Shown in pieces: positions 50,866-64,000 of a stretch of 64,000 bases of DNA. Source of the stretch: Centroscyllium fabricii (Eukaryota); the NCBI GenBank assembly GCA_051313645.2, contig JBNRSN020000003.1, forward strand, positions 507,842,001 through 507,906,000. The letters are read 5' to 3'. Position numbers and translations under genes: made by a program. Position 1 is the first letter of the stretch; every line of letters starts with the position of its first letter. Under the pieces are notes generated by a model that was given only the letters and a program-made list of their open reading frames with translations, was not told where the DNA came from and did not search any database.

Positions 50866-51587
50866 GTCATAGAGCAGTTGTGGTTGAAGCACATTGTTAG
50901 GGTGGAGTTGAAGGAGCTTTGCTCTTGCAGCTGCCTGTGTTATATCTCCCCTGGGATTGCTTGATGCTGACATTAAGTGCCAGAAATGGAAAGTGTTCCA
51001 TTCCCAACCACAAACATCTTTCAATTAACCAAACACACAAAATTGAACTGCATTTTCAGCATAGTTTTACAGTGTTGTCAAATCTCTGCAATAACCAAAA
51101 AAAAATGCTAGTACAGTTATTGATGGAACTTCTTGGTGAAAAAGAATGCTTGTAGTTGAGGAGTAAATACATTACTTTTGGAAAAATTTAATCTGTTTTT
51201 GCTTTCGACAGTAATGCTGGTACTGTCAAAGATGTTTTTGGCAAATAGCACTTATGTTAGTATATTCATATTTTAGAAATATTTAAAGAAATGTAACCCG
51301 AGTGGTAAATACTTTGAATGTTAAGTATAGAAACATAGGCGATAGGAGCCATTCGGCCCCTCAAGCCTGCTCCACCATTCAATGAGATCATGGCTGACCA
51401 TCCAATTTCAGTATCCTGTCCCTGCTTTCTCCCCATATCCCTTGATTCCCTTTAGCCTTAAGAAATATATCGAACTCCTTCTTCAATATATTTAATGAAT
51501 TGGCCTCAATTGCCTTCTGTGGTAGAGAATTCCACAGATTCACCACTCTCTGGGTGAAGAAATTCCTCCTCATCTCTGTCCTAAATC

Positions 51588-53635
51588 ATAGAATCATAGA
51601 AGATAGGAGCAGGAGTAGGCCATTCAGCCCTTCGAGCCTGCTCCGCCATTCAATGAGATCATGGCTGATCTTTTAGCAAGCTAGTACCCCGTCCCCGCCT
51701 TTTCTCCGTAACCTTTAATCCCTTTAGCTTGAAGAAATATATCCAATTCCCTCTTGAATATGTTTAATGAACTGGCCTCCACCGCCCTCTGTGGCAGGGA
51801 ATTCCACAGGCCCACCACTCTCTGAGTGAAGAAATTCTTCCTCATGTCTGTCCTAAATGGTTTACCCCTTATCCTTAGACTGTGGCCCCTGGTTCTGGAC
51901 TCCCCCGCCATTGGAAACATTCTCTCTGAATCTAGCCTGTCCAGACCTTTCAGAATTTTATACGTCTCAATGAGATCGCCTCTCAATCTTCTAAACTCCA
52001 ACGAGTACAAGCCCAGACTACACAATCTCTCCTCGTAGGTCATTCCTGCCATTCCAGGAATCAGCCTGGTGAAACGCCGCTGCACTCCTTCCATGGCAAG
52101 AACATCCTTCCTCAGGCGAGGCGACCAGAACTGTACACAATACTCGAGGTGTGGTCTCACCAGTGCCTTGTACAGCTGCAGTAAGGTATCCTTATTCCTA
52201 TACTCGAACCCTCTTGATATGAAGGCCAACATACCATTTGCCTTCCTAACCGCCTGCTGCACCTGCGTGCTCGCCTTCAGCGACTGGTGCACAAGAACAC
52301 CCAGGTCTCTCTGCACCTCCCCATCTCCCACTCTATTGCCATTTAAGTAGTAATCTACCCTCCTGTTTTTGCTCCCAAAGTGGATAACCTCACATTTATC
52401 CACATTATAGTGCATCTGCCATCTATCTGCCCAGTCCCCCAACTTATCCAAATCGCCCTGCAACTTCCTGACACCCTCTTCAGAGCCTGCCCCCCCCTCC
52501 TAGTTTGGTGTCATCCGCGAATTTGGAGATATTACATTCAATTCCCTGATCCAGATCATTAATATATATTGTAAACAGCTGAGGTCCCAGGACAGACCCC
52601 TGCGGTACCCCACTAGTCACCGGCTGCCACTCAGAAAACGAGCCGTTAATTCCAACTCTCTGTTTTCTGTCTGCCAACCAGTTCTCTATCCACATCAAAA
52701 CTTTGCCCCCAATCCCATGAGCCTTAATTTTACATGCTAATCTTTTATGTGGAACCTTATCGAAGGCTTTCTGGAAGTCAAGGTACACCACATCTACTGG
52801 CTCTCCCCCATCTATTTTCCGAGTTACTTCCTCAAAGAATTCCAATAGATTAGTTAAACATGATTTACCTTTTGTAAATCCATGTTGACTCTGTCCGATC
52901 TCATCCCTAATTGTCAACTGCTCCGAGATTACATCCTTGATAATGGACTCGAGCATTTTGCCCACTACTGATGTAAGGCTTACTGGTCTATAATTCCCTG
53001 CTTTCTCTCTGCCCCCCTTTTTAAATAGTGGGGTAACATTAGCCACCCTCCAATCCGTGGGTACTGATCCAGAGTCTATCGAGTTCTGGAAAATGATCCT
53101 TAAAGCACCCTCTATTTCCAGGGCTACCTCTTTAAGTACCCTAGGATGTAGATTATCAGGCCCTGGGGATTTGTCGGCCTTCAATCCCTTCAACTTCCCC
53201 AAAACCATCTCCCTAGAAATACTGATATCTGTCAGCTCCTCCCTTGCATTAGACCCTATGTTCACTGCTATCCCTGGGAGGTTGCTTGTGTCCTCCTTTG
53301 TGAAGACAGTACCAAAATATGAATTTAGTTGGTCTGCCATTTCTTTATTCCCCATTATATATTCCCCTGAATCGGACTGCAAGGGACCGACTTGTGATTT
53401 TACCAATCTTTTCCTCTTGATGTACCTATAAAAGCTTTTGCAGTCAGTTTTTATGTTTGCCGCAAGCTTACATTCGTAATCTATCTTCCCCCTCCTGATT
53501 AATCCCTTTGTCTTCCTTTGCTGTATCCTGAACTGCTCCCAATCTTCCGGCCTAGTACTTTTTTTGGCCAATTGATATGCCCATCTTTTGGATTTAATGT
53601 TGTCCCTTATTTCCCTTGTTATCCACGGTTGAGTC
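51588..53635 (-). mobile_element. Young 2-kb CR1 LINE (RT domain) nested in an older CR1 (51327-51587 + 53636-54172)
   Basis: ORFs 52480..53637 ([30 protein letters not shown]) and 51681..52463, separated by a single +1 shift in a G-run; the host rejoins as ctgtcctaaat^ggcttacccc. Confidence 0.92.
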
Positions 53636-55839
53636 ATGGCTTACCCCTTATCCTTAGACTGTGACCCCTGGTTCTGGACTCCCCGACCATCGGGAACATC
53701 CTTCCTGCATCTAGTCTGTCTAGTCCTTTTAGAATGTTATAAGTTTCAATGAGATCCCCTCTCATTCTTCTAAACTCTAGCGAGTATAAGCCCAATCGAC
53801 CCAATCTCTCAGACATCATTCCTGCCATCCCAGATATCAGCCTGGTGAATCTTCGCTGCACTCCCTCCATGGCAAGAACATCCTTCCTTAGATAAGGTGA
53901 CCAAAACTGCACACAATAGTCAAGGTGTGGTCTCACCAAGGCCCTGTACAACTGCTGCAAGACATCCTTGTCCCTGTACTCAAACCCCCCTCGCTCGAAG
54001 GCCAACATACCATTTGCCGCCTTAACCGCCTGCTGCACCTGCATGCTTACCTTCAGTGACTGGTGCACATGGACACCCAGGTCTCGTTGTACCTCCCTTC
54101 TCCCAATCTATTGCCATTCAGATAATAATCTGCCTTCCTGTTTTTGGCACCAACGTGGATAACCTCATTTATCCCATGTATTTGCTCCCATGTATTCCTG
54201 TTTGCCTCCTCAATATTCTTTTAAGGCAAAATGCAGTTCTATGTTGCAGGCTCTCCGTGGAGCCCTGTTTATAACTTGTGCACTGGTGAGAAAGGAAAGT
54301 GGAGGGGTGGGGGGGCGGAATCTTGAGTTTATTTGAAAAGGACAGCTCACTATTGGTCGGAAATCAAGCACCAATGCTAGAAAATGGACAAACTCCAGGG
54401 GGATTTATACAACTGCAGCATACTCTTTTGTCTTTCTCGCCAGCACAGATTTCTTTCTGGGCTCTATGAAAGAACCGTTTAAGATTCTTTTCCTTGAATT
54501 TTTGAAGAATAGAAAATTTGCATAGGATTCATCTAGAGGTGAGGCAGTAGAACATTTAAATAAAATATGACAATCCAACTCTTTATTTCAATGTTGCAGT
54601 AATTTGTATCCAGTATCACCCCACTTTGTTTTATAAATGCTTGTTTAGAAATAATTTGAGGATGCAACTAATTTATCCTGAATATGAGAAAAATCCTCAT
54701 TGCCCATTATCTTGATGAACAACACTGCTGGAAAGTGATGGACCAGCATGTTGGTGTCTGCTTTGTACTTTGTGGTCCCTATTATGTAATCAATCATTGC
54801 CACAAGTAAGTTTTACATAGTGTAGTATTTAATTTACTGCAAGAAACATTTTATTTGGATAGTGATTTTAACCCATTAGAAAGCAGATGACCGTTGTGAT
54901 AAATTGACTGGGAAGTTATGATGTGCAGAAAATACTGTGCAGATGTCTTAACTTCAGTGTGGTAATAGTATTTTGCCACAGCTGAAGACATTGAATTAGT
55001 CAGTAGAGGATATTCTTATGATGTATGCTACCTCTGTTAAAGCCACACTGGTGAAGGCAGCTACTGCTACAACTGTGGTTTAATTCGACGTCTTCCTGGT
55101 AGACATGGTGACGCCACAGTGAATAATTCTGTTGCCCTTTGATCGATGTCTATCCAGATGTGCAACGATAAATGAAAATAAAATGTTAACATTGCTATTT
55201 TAAGCAAAATATCTTGATGGCAGAGCACAGTGATGCCACATGATATAGTATAGAAGGGTGGGATGTTCACTCGTGACTTTTTTGTGCTCCACACAATAAG
55301 TTTTCCGTTAATTACTTGTGCTATAATAGGGAGACCAGGTGCTACTCTAGTGGGAGGGGGAAAGGAAAACAAATGGGAGCGTCATCCCAGGCCACATTCA
55401 CATCCAAAAGATTGGTTATAGAGTGACCCTCAGCAGGGCTTTGCTGTAATCACTTTCCTGCTCTTAATGACAAAATAATACAGTACAACACACAGGGAGA
55501 CTAAAAGAGGTAAAGGGAAAATAATTCATGAAGTATAATTAGAAAATGCCCTGTGTAATTCATGAATGAAGTCAATATCAACAGTGAAATATGAAGTGGT
55601 ATTACACAATCCCTCGTATCTCATTCTTCATTTCAAATGAATTATGAAACCAAGTTGTTGTACTGAATTTTTTTCAAGCTATTATAGATACTGTGATGTT
55701 TTTAGATCAGACTGGTTATGTAAATTCAAATTGAGTACTGAATATGTACCATTATTTTATAACCATTCGCTGAGTACTTTAACACTATATAAGCTGAGAT
55801 TTCATCAGAATTGGATATCAATTACTATAGCTGACGCTT

Positions 55840-56338
55840 TTTAATTCTTCCCCCACGCGGCAGAAGCGGGGTGATTCATGGTATGGTACTGTCCATCCGC
55901 CGTCTGTGGATAATTTCTGCTCATCAGAATAAGTTTAAAATGCTTCATCAGATTTTAAACACGCTTCATCAGGTTTTAAGTACACTTCATGGGTGATAAC
56001 TTCGCATCAAACACTGAGTTTCTTTCAACAATGGGCATGCTGGCACCTATATGTGCATGTGCGCGCACGTTTGCGTCCATGAACACTGATTTAGCACCTC
56101 AGTTTTTACAATACAAAGCTTCATAAGTAGCCTCAATCATCAGACACAAAGTCTCTTCACAAATGGGCATGCCGGGAGATGTGTATGCATGTGTGTGTTC
56201 ATACATCTATAAATTGTGTGACCTACTTCTGACTCAGTATATTGGAGATGTTGCCTTAGATTTTAACTAAGTTTGTTAACTTATTATCAGTCATTGAGTT
56301 GCTTTCACAAATGTGCATGCTGATTTCATTCTTGTTTT
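55840..56338 (+). mobile_element. Possible Helentron-associated (HINE/DINE-like) non-autonomous element
   Basis: T-rich start, a cccc..gcgggg hairpin, gtccatccgccgtctgt, three internal aatg(g/t)gcatgc repeats, and a cttgtttt end. Confidence 0.35.
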
Positions 56339-56856
56339 GTAATCCTCCTGTGCTGTTTAAAGTATCAAGCAGTGTTAGTGAACTGGGTAGTGTGCTTAAG
56401 ACAAGTTTATATATTCCCCAGTGAGCCAATTAAATGAAATTTGTATTTTGATGTGTAAAAACATTGTTTGAAAATATATGTTCAACTACAGTTTTTCAAT
56501 AATTACTAATTTGAATGTTTTTCCCGACATTCTGTTGTAGCATAAACGATGTGAAAAATATTGTCATAATCTATTACAAATGCTGAATATTTGTAATCAT
56601 TAAATTTCAAGGTCCATTTTATCCTGTTCTGTACAAAACCTAATGACGTTACTGTGTGTAGTATGTTACTGCAGTGTCGTCTGGTTTTAAATGTTCATGT
56701 CATTGAACTACATTTTTCACTGTTCAAAAAAAAATACATTCGTTTTCTGATTCAGGTGAAATTTAGTTGCTTAATGGCTTTACCAGCAGTTACAGCTGAT
56801 GACTGGAATTGTTTCAGCTGATTTTTGTTGGTTAGGCTTGATTCTCACAGATAATA

Positions 56857-58924
56857 GCAAAATACTGCTGATGCTGGAAATCTGAAATAACAACACAAAA
56901 TGCTGGAAACACTCAGCAGGCCAGGCAGCATCTGTGGAGAGAGAAAAACAGAGTTAACGTTTCAGGTCTGTGATCCTTCGTCAGAACTGGAAAAAGTTAG
57001 GGATGTAGCAGGTTTTAAGCAGGTGCAGAGACAGGGAAAGGGGGGCGGAGAGGAGGAAGGAACAGTGCTTCCGACCTGTCTTCCTTTTTCCTCAGCCGAG
57101 GATTCCCCTCTACCGTGGTTGGCATTCTGTCTAGGATTGAAGGCAGGAGAGATTAAATGTTACAAATGGGGATGGCAGAATCATCAACAGCTGCCACCTG
57201 AAAAAATGGGGGGTATATCGTCTGAAATTGTTGAATTCAATGTTGAGTCCAGAAGGCTGTAAAGTGCCTGATTGAAAGATGAGGTGCTGTTCCCCGAGCT
57301 TACGTTGAGCTTCATTGGAACAGTATAAGAGGCCGAGGTCAGAGTGGGAGTGGAGGGGAGAATTCAAGTGACAAGCGACTGGAAGCTCAGGGTCACCCTT
57401 ACGGACTGAATGGAGGTGTTCTCCCAATCTGCATTTGGTCTCCCTAATGTCGAGGAGACTGCATCGTGAGCAGCGAATACAGTATACTAAATTGCAAGAA
57501 GTACAAGTAAATCGCTGTTTCACCTGGAAGAAGTGTTTGGGGCCCTGAACAGTGGGGAGGGAGGATGTAAAAGGGCAGATGTTGCATCTCCTGAGCTTGC
57601 ACAGGAAGGTGCCGTGGGGAGGGGAGGGGCTGTTGGGGATGATTGAGGAGTGGACCAGGGTGTTGCGGAGGGAGTGGTCCCTTCGGAATGTTGAAAGGGG
57701 AGGGGAGGGGAAGATGTGTTTAGTGGTGGGAATCACGTTGGAGGTAGAGGAAATGGCGGCGGATGACCCATTGAATGTGGAGGCTGGTGGGGTGAAAGGT
57801 GAGGACAAGTGGAATCCTATCGTGGTTCTGGGAGGGAGAAGGGGTGAGAGCAGAAATATGGGAAATGGAACGGACATGGTCAAGGGCCATGCCAACCACG
57901 GTAGAGGGGAATCCTCGGCTGAGGAAAAAGGAAGACCGGTCGGAAGCACTGCTGTGGAAGGTGGCATCATCAGAACATATGTGGCGGAGACGGAGAAACT
58001 GGGAGAATAGAATAGAGTCCTTACAGGAAGCGGGGTGGGAAGACATGTAGTCCAGGTAGCTGTGGGAGTCTGGGCTTGTAGTGGATATTTGTCGATAGCC
58101 TATCACCAGAAATGGAGACGGAAAAGTCGAGGAAGGGAAGAGTCGGAGATGGACCATGTGAAGGTGAGGGAAGGGTGGAAATTGGAAGCAAAGTGAATTC
58201 AATTTTCTAGTTCAGGGCGCGAGGAGACGGCACCGATATAGTCATCAATGTACCGGAAAAAGAGGTGAGGGAGGGGACCCGAGCAGGACTGGAACAAAGA
58301 ATGTTCCACATATCCCACGAAAAGGCAAGCATAGCTGGGGCCCATGCGGGTTCCCATAGCAACACCTTTAATTTTGAGGAAGTGAGTGGAGTCAAAGGAG
58401 AAGTTCTTCAATGTGAGAACAAGTTCAGCCAGGCGGAGGAGGGTGGTGGTGGATGGGGACTGGTTGGGTCTCTGTTCAAGGAAGAAGCGGAGCACCCTCA
58501 GGCCATCCTAGTGGAGGTGTAGAGGGATTGTACGTCCATGATGAACCGGAGGCGGTTGGGGCCATGAAACTGTTAAAGTGGTGGAGGGCATTGGAAGAGT
58601 CACAAATGTAGGTGGGAAGAGACTGGACAAGGAGAAAAAATTGAGTTGAGATAAGAAGAAATCAGTTCTGTGGGGCAAGAACAGGCTGAAACGGTGGGTC
58701 TACTGGGGCAGACCGGTTTGGATCGTGGGAAGGAGGTAGAAGCGGGCTCTGTGGGGTTTGGGGACTATGAGGTTGACAACCATGGAGGGAAGATCTCCAG
58801 AGGAGATGAGGCTTGTGCCAGTCTTGGAAATGATTGCTTGATGTTTGGTGGTAAGGTCATGGTCCAGGGGGAGGTAGGAGGAGGTGTCAGAGAGTTGGCG
58901 TTCAGCTTCTGCACGGTCAAGGTC
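56857..58924 (-). mobile_element. Penelope-like element (RT + GIY-YIG + pLTR), 5'-truncated and frameshifted
   Basis: GVAMGTRMGPSYACLFVG...RYIDD (58199..58495); YLDYMSSHP...SQFLRLRHICS; NLVYCIRCSRC...IRETK. Confidence 0.9.
56952..56988 (-). ncRNA. Minimal type I hammerhead ribozyme motif in a Penelope pLTR
   Basis: Minus strand agtt-CTGACGA-aggatcacagacct-GAAAC-GTT-aact; core intact. Confidence 0.72.
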
Positions 58925-59259
58925 AGTTATTCTCACAGACCCTGTTGCCTACATTAAATAGCAGCAATCTTTTTCTAAAACTATAGTATAGGTTTCTTCC
59001 CATGTTTATAATAAAGTAACTTTCTGTTGAATGAAATAAGATGTTTATGTATTGCTGATATTTAACCAAATTTGTTACTTTAAAGTTGTGAACAAATATA
59101 TTAAATAGGTTTGAGAAACAAAGTTGTATTAGTACATGCATATGCTCTCTAAATGACTGCAATAAACACGGGGGTCTAGTGTTTAATTTATCTATTGCCA
59201 CTAGTACTCTATTTTGTCACCTTACAATCATCCAAACTTAAATATCAACAAAAACCTAA

Positions 59260-59496
59260 ATTTATAGAATGCTTTTAATGTAGAAAAGTGCTTCACAGAG
59301 ATGTAATCAGAAATAAATGAACCAAAAAAAGATGTTGGAAGGGGTGACCAAAAGCTTGGTCCAAGAGATTTTAAGGATGGTCTTGAAGTAGAAAAGGGAG
59401 GCAGAGGGGCTTAAGCTGAAAATTGGTAAGTGCATGGGGCCTAGACTGCTGAAGGCACGGTTGCCATTGGTGGGACAAGTGTAAGTGTGTGTGTCG

Positions 59497-59547
<51 letters not shown>

Positions 59548-59800
59548 GGTCAGATTCGGAGGAACAGAAAGTTGAGGGGATAGAGAGGGGTGAGAACATG
59601 AAGGGATTTAAACACAAGAAGGCAAGTTTTAAATTAAAGACTCTGGGGTATGGGAGCTAATGTAAATCGGCAACGAGATGGTTGAGTGGGATAGAATACA
59701 GGCAACAGAGCTTTGGATAAGCTGAATTTATAGAGGGTGCGAGGCCATCCATTGGAATAGTTGAGTTTGAGATGACAAAGGCATTAATGAGGATTTCAGC
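59260..59800 (-). mobile_element. Decayed L2 3' fragment containing a (TG)n microsatellite at about 59490-59540
   Basis: gtgaccaaaagcttggtc motif shared with the other L2 copies. Confidence 0.65.
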
Positions 59801-59890
59801 ATTTGGTTAAACTTAGGCTATCTTTTATAAATTTCCCAAAATTGGAGCGAATGGGACGGAATGTTTTCCAGAATACTCTTAGAACTGCCA

Positions 59891-60281
59891 AGGGCGGCAC
59901 GGTGGCATTGTGGTTAGCACTGTTGCCTTACAGCACTAGAGACCCGGGTTCAAATCCAGCCTCGGGTACTATCTGTGTGGAGTTTGCACATTCTCCCCGT
60001 GTCTGCGTGGGTTTCCTCCGGGTGCTCCGGTTTCCTCCCACAGTCCAAAGATGTGCGGGTTAGGTTGATTGGCCATGATAAATTGACCCTGAGTGTTAGG
60101 GGGATTGAATATGTGGGGTGACGGGGATAGGGTGGGATATGTGTCAGTGCAGGCTCAATCGGGATTGAGGGATATGGGGACAGGGTACTGAGTTTGGATG
60201 ATCAGCCATGATCTCATTGAATGGCGGAGCAGGCTCGAAGGGCCGAATGGCCTACTCCTGCTCCTATCTTCTATGTTTCTA
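59891..60281 (+). mobile_element. Full-length HE1-type V-SINE
   Basis: A-box tggcattgtgg, B-box ggttcaaatcc, V-domain, CR1 tail. Confidence 0.9.
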
Positions 60282-63019
60282 AACCTTGATCTGCATATAG
60301 TGGTATCACCATTTAGAAATAAATGTTTAGGTGCTTTAAAACTAATTTTGCTACTCGTGCATTAATTATGGTATTTAGATATGACCTTAAGCAAAATTTT
60401 CTTTTGCGATACGGATTCTTTTTTAGTTATTGCCACTGCTGTAATCACAGGGCACTACATTGACTTTTCTAATCTAGGTGGCCAACAGAGAGAAAGGTTT
60501 GTGTTAGCCATATACCTGAAACATATTGTACTTTCCCATTCCAGCTGCATAAAAGCTATGTGGGAACATTTTCTTAACATGCACTACATCTGATACAAAG
60601 CTCCTTTTTAATATGTTTCTTGTTCCAAGAAATGCATAATATCCACATCTTTAGGACGGGGTAGTTATTTGCTAACTATCTTTTGCAATTTATTGACTTG
60701 ATTTAATAGATTTTTGCATATTTTTTGAGGAAGATTTCTTCATGTACTATCTAATAGGCATTTTATTTTTTCTTATTTTGAAATACAAGCCTTTAAAAAT
60801 GAGTCACAAATTTAAAAACTAATGAGTATAAACATCAAGGTGCCTTTTATTTTTGTTTTGCAATTTGATAAATGATTGATCTATAGCTGCAGTAAAATTG
60901 CATGATGCCTTTAATTTGTGATCACATTTTACACATCTTAACATGAGCTACTTATTGACCTAGTTATACACTGATCACCAGTAGGATTTTTACTTTTTTG
61001 ACTACTTCAGATACACCCTGGTAGTTATTGAGGCAAAAATCATTATTTCCCCAGAATGGATGTTCTGTGGACCATAGATATGCTTAGGAAGATATTTTGA
61101 ACCTATTTACTTGAACATAATGCAGCGTAAATTCTTGTTATCTGGAGTGATGACTATCCCAAATTGAGCTCTTTACTGATGATGTTATAAGTGGCACTGC
61201 TATAGTTGCCTATATATGTTATATATGTGTGTATGTGGCTCTGCTATAGCTGCCTCTCTATCTATATATCACACGCACAAGTGAGTCCCTGAAATGATTG
61301 GTCAGTGAGAACATTGTGACTGAAAACTTTCACTTATGATGGATCCCAGATCATTTAGCATTTAACTACCTCTTTACATTTAGATATATAAAGAACAATT
61401 GTTAATCTCATTTATTTGTTGAGTGCTGTGACTGGTCTGTGAGAACAATGTGACTGAAAAATCTCATCTATGATAACTGTTGTATATTGGTCCCTGATAA
61501 CCAGGTGACTATTTGGTAACTGCTACTCATCAGTCCCTGATCATTTGGCATTTAAACTACCTCTTTACTTTTAAGCATGTACGGTGCTATTGTTGATGTC
61601 ACTTTTTTAGCAAATGTAATTGATCCTTTGGCCAAAGTACTTTGTGAATAATAGCACAGGAAACCAGCTACTACAAAGGAAGCAAAATGTTTTTTTAATT
61701 CTCGGGATGTGGGCGATATGTTACATTTATTGCCCATTCCTAGTTGACCTGAGATGGTGGTAGGCCTTCTCCTTGACGTACTGCACTTTGTGGTGATAGA
61801 ACTCTTAGAATAGCGTTAGTTAGGAAGTTCAAGATGTTGATGGTGGGCAACTCTACTATGGTGGTACCATTTAATGTCAAGAGGAGAGGGCTGGAGTTCC
61901 TCTAGTTCAAAGTTTTCATTACCCAGCACTTATGTGGCTTGCTACTTGTCAGCCCAATCCTTGATGATATCCAGGTCCTGCAGTAGGCTGGCATGGGCTG
62001 CTTCATTGTCGGGATTGTTGTCAATGGAGATAAACACTGTGGAATCAGCAGCTTTCATGAATACGTCCAACCAGAGTTGGAAACCCTTCTACCTCCCTCC
62101 CGTCATTTAAACTCCTTCTCAAAACCCACCTTTGTGACTAAGCTTTTGGTCACCTCCCCTAATATCTTCTCATTTGTGAGATAAGTTTGGGCATTCACAG
62201 TCCTGTTCCTAGTGGGTTGAGCCTAATTTTTTTTTCTCACCTCTGAAGTGCTTTAAAACATTTCTCTACATTTATGACATGATAGTTCAAGTTGATTTTA
62301 CGTGAATTCAAGTTTCACAGTAATGATTTGACACTTTTTCATTTGATTAAATCCTGAAACCTAATGATTCATACCATTCTAGTGCATCCTTTTTATCCCT
62401 TGCATTCATATTTTTCCCCATGTAAAAATGTATTGTCCTTTTGTAAGGTTCTTCCTACCCTATGCTGATGTCACACACAATTCCCCAGCAACCTCCCAGT
62501 CTATTTTTGCTAGACACAAAAGGCATCAAAGAGTATGGGGAGAGAAGGGGAATATGGTATCAAGAGAGAGGATCAGCCATGATATTGAATGGCGGAGCAG
62601 GCTCGGATGGCCTACTCCTACTTTTCTGTGCTCCGAATGCATGCTAGCAATCTGGGCAGACTGGCCTACTAGATATTTTTTTCTCTCTCCCTGTGGCACA
62701 TCACCTCCACTTGATGCCTCCTCCTGACAGCCCACACAATCTGGAGCTCCCCATATGGAGAATTATGAGGATAAACTTGCATTAACCAAACACCAGTCCC
62801 CAGATTATTGCATCCTAAGCAGTATCATCTTCCCACTGAAAAATGCTAAATTGAAGAAACCAAAAAAGCAAACACGATTTCAGTTTTATAATTAAACTGT
62901 TATTTTTTTCAGTTCTTTCAAAACTAATAACGTCTTTTGGGTTTCTTGCTAAAAATGACAACCTTTTTAATATTCAATTAAAAAAATTAACTGGATATTT
63001 TGTTTCAATTCAGATGTAG

Positions 63020-63830
63020 AATTTCATTTACTATTCATTGTTCTGATTTCCACCCATCCTTCACCTTCACATGGTCCATTCTATCTCCTCCCTGCCCTTT
63101 ATGGACTTTTCTCTCTCCATTTCTGCCAGTGAGCTTTCCACATACACCTATTAACTCCTACAAATACCGTGGTTATGCATCTTTCCATCCCACCCGCTAA
63201 AAGAACTACATCCTTTTCTCTCAGTTTTTCCCAGCTCTATTGTATTTGCTTTAATGACTCTACTTTCCGCACTAAAGCATCCAAAATATCTTCCTTTTTC
63301 CTCAGCTGAGATTTAGGTTGGAGACTCTTAGCCAGAGAACATTGCTGGCACAGGTTTGAGGCCATGTGTGAACCTGCTTTTTTCTTCTTGCAATTAGTGA
63401 ATCTGCCCGTGCTTTGTTTTAATTTCAGATCTGCTGCATATGCAGCTTATTTTTTCTTTGTTTTTCCTTATTTTCTCAGGTTTTTTGTGTGGAGCTCTTT
63501 TGTGTCTTTTTTACCCCCCCCCCCCCGCTATTTGCGTGTTCCTTTGTCCTTTTTTCTATCTCTGCACCATCTCACAGATCCTTTATATCATCTAAGATTT
63601 CTACTGAGCACATTGCAGACCATTTAATCCATTAACACCCTCACTGTGATTGGTGGAGCTGCTGATTCTCTTCCCCTCCCCTGCCCCATTTTCTCTTTTC
63701 TACCCTTATTGAAATGTTTGATTTTTATCTTCAGTTCTGATAAAAGGGCACATCAAAACCTGTTTTTTTTTAATTTTATTTTTACAGATACTGACAGACC
63801 TACTGCATATTTTTGTTTCTAATTTCAGAT
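63020..63830 (+). mobile_element. Highly decayed Penelope-like fragments
   Basis: FHPSFTFTWS motif; pLTR-like end ctgacagacctactgcatatt...atttcagattt. Confidence 0.55.
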
Positions 63831-64000
63831 TTGAGATTTTCCTTTTAATGATGCTGTATCTTGTTCACTATCCCTCAGCAGGAGAAAATGGACACTCCCC
63901 CTGCTATTTTTTTTTCTGTACTGTTTTTTTTTTTCCAGCCTGTACCATTAACCATTGCTGAATGTTTCCAGGTTTTCTGCCAGTGCTGTTCTCAGCTACC

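Noticed and set aside
61305-61572. Old imperfect direct duplication (gtgagaaca.tgtgactgaaaa...actacctctttac)
   Set aside because: Diverged local tandem duplication with no coding or terminal features.
48426-64000. Next CLIP1 exon (human IETLKQAAAQKSQQL...)
   Set aside because: No convincing candidate found by eye; probably beyond the window.

Overview
AT-rich, repeat-dense vertebrate genomic DNA, almost certainly from an elasmobranch (shark or ray), judged by its HE1/V-SINEs and HER1-type CR1 tails. The window lies inside the + strand gene CLIP1 (CLIP-170/restin). Twelve coiled-coil-region exons can be read with GT-AG sites and consistent phases from 3020 to 48425; both ends of the gene are outside the window or not visible. 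One exon is a giant 2286-nt cassette with an exact 516-nt internal periodicity. The introns contain a full-length antisense Gypsy LTR retrotransposon (17739-22426, 5-bp TSD), many CR1, L2, Rex1 and Penelope fragments, SINEs and MITEs. The top leads are: (1) the Gypsy has no tRNA primer-binding site; a 15-nt PBS-position sequence is instead perfectly complementary to its own LTR poly(A)-signal region (candidate self-priming), and its RT motif reads YLDN; (2) one CR1 3'UTR carries a cassette that folds like a double ENE (poly(A) triple-helix) element; (3) the 172-aa periodic giant exon. Family names come from recalled consensus sequences, not database searches, and repeat boundaries are approximate unless TIRs or TSDs are quoted.
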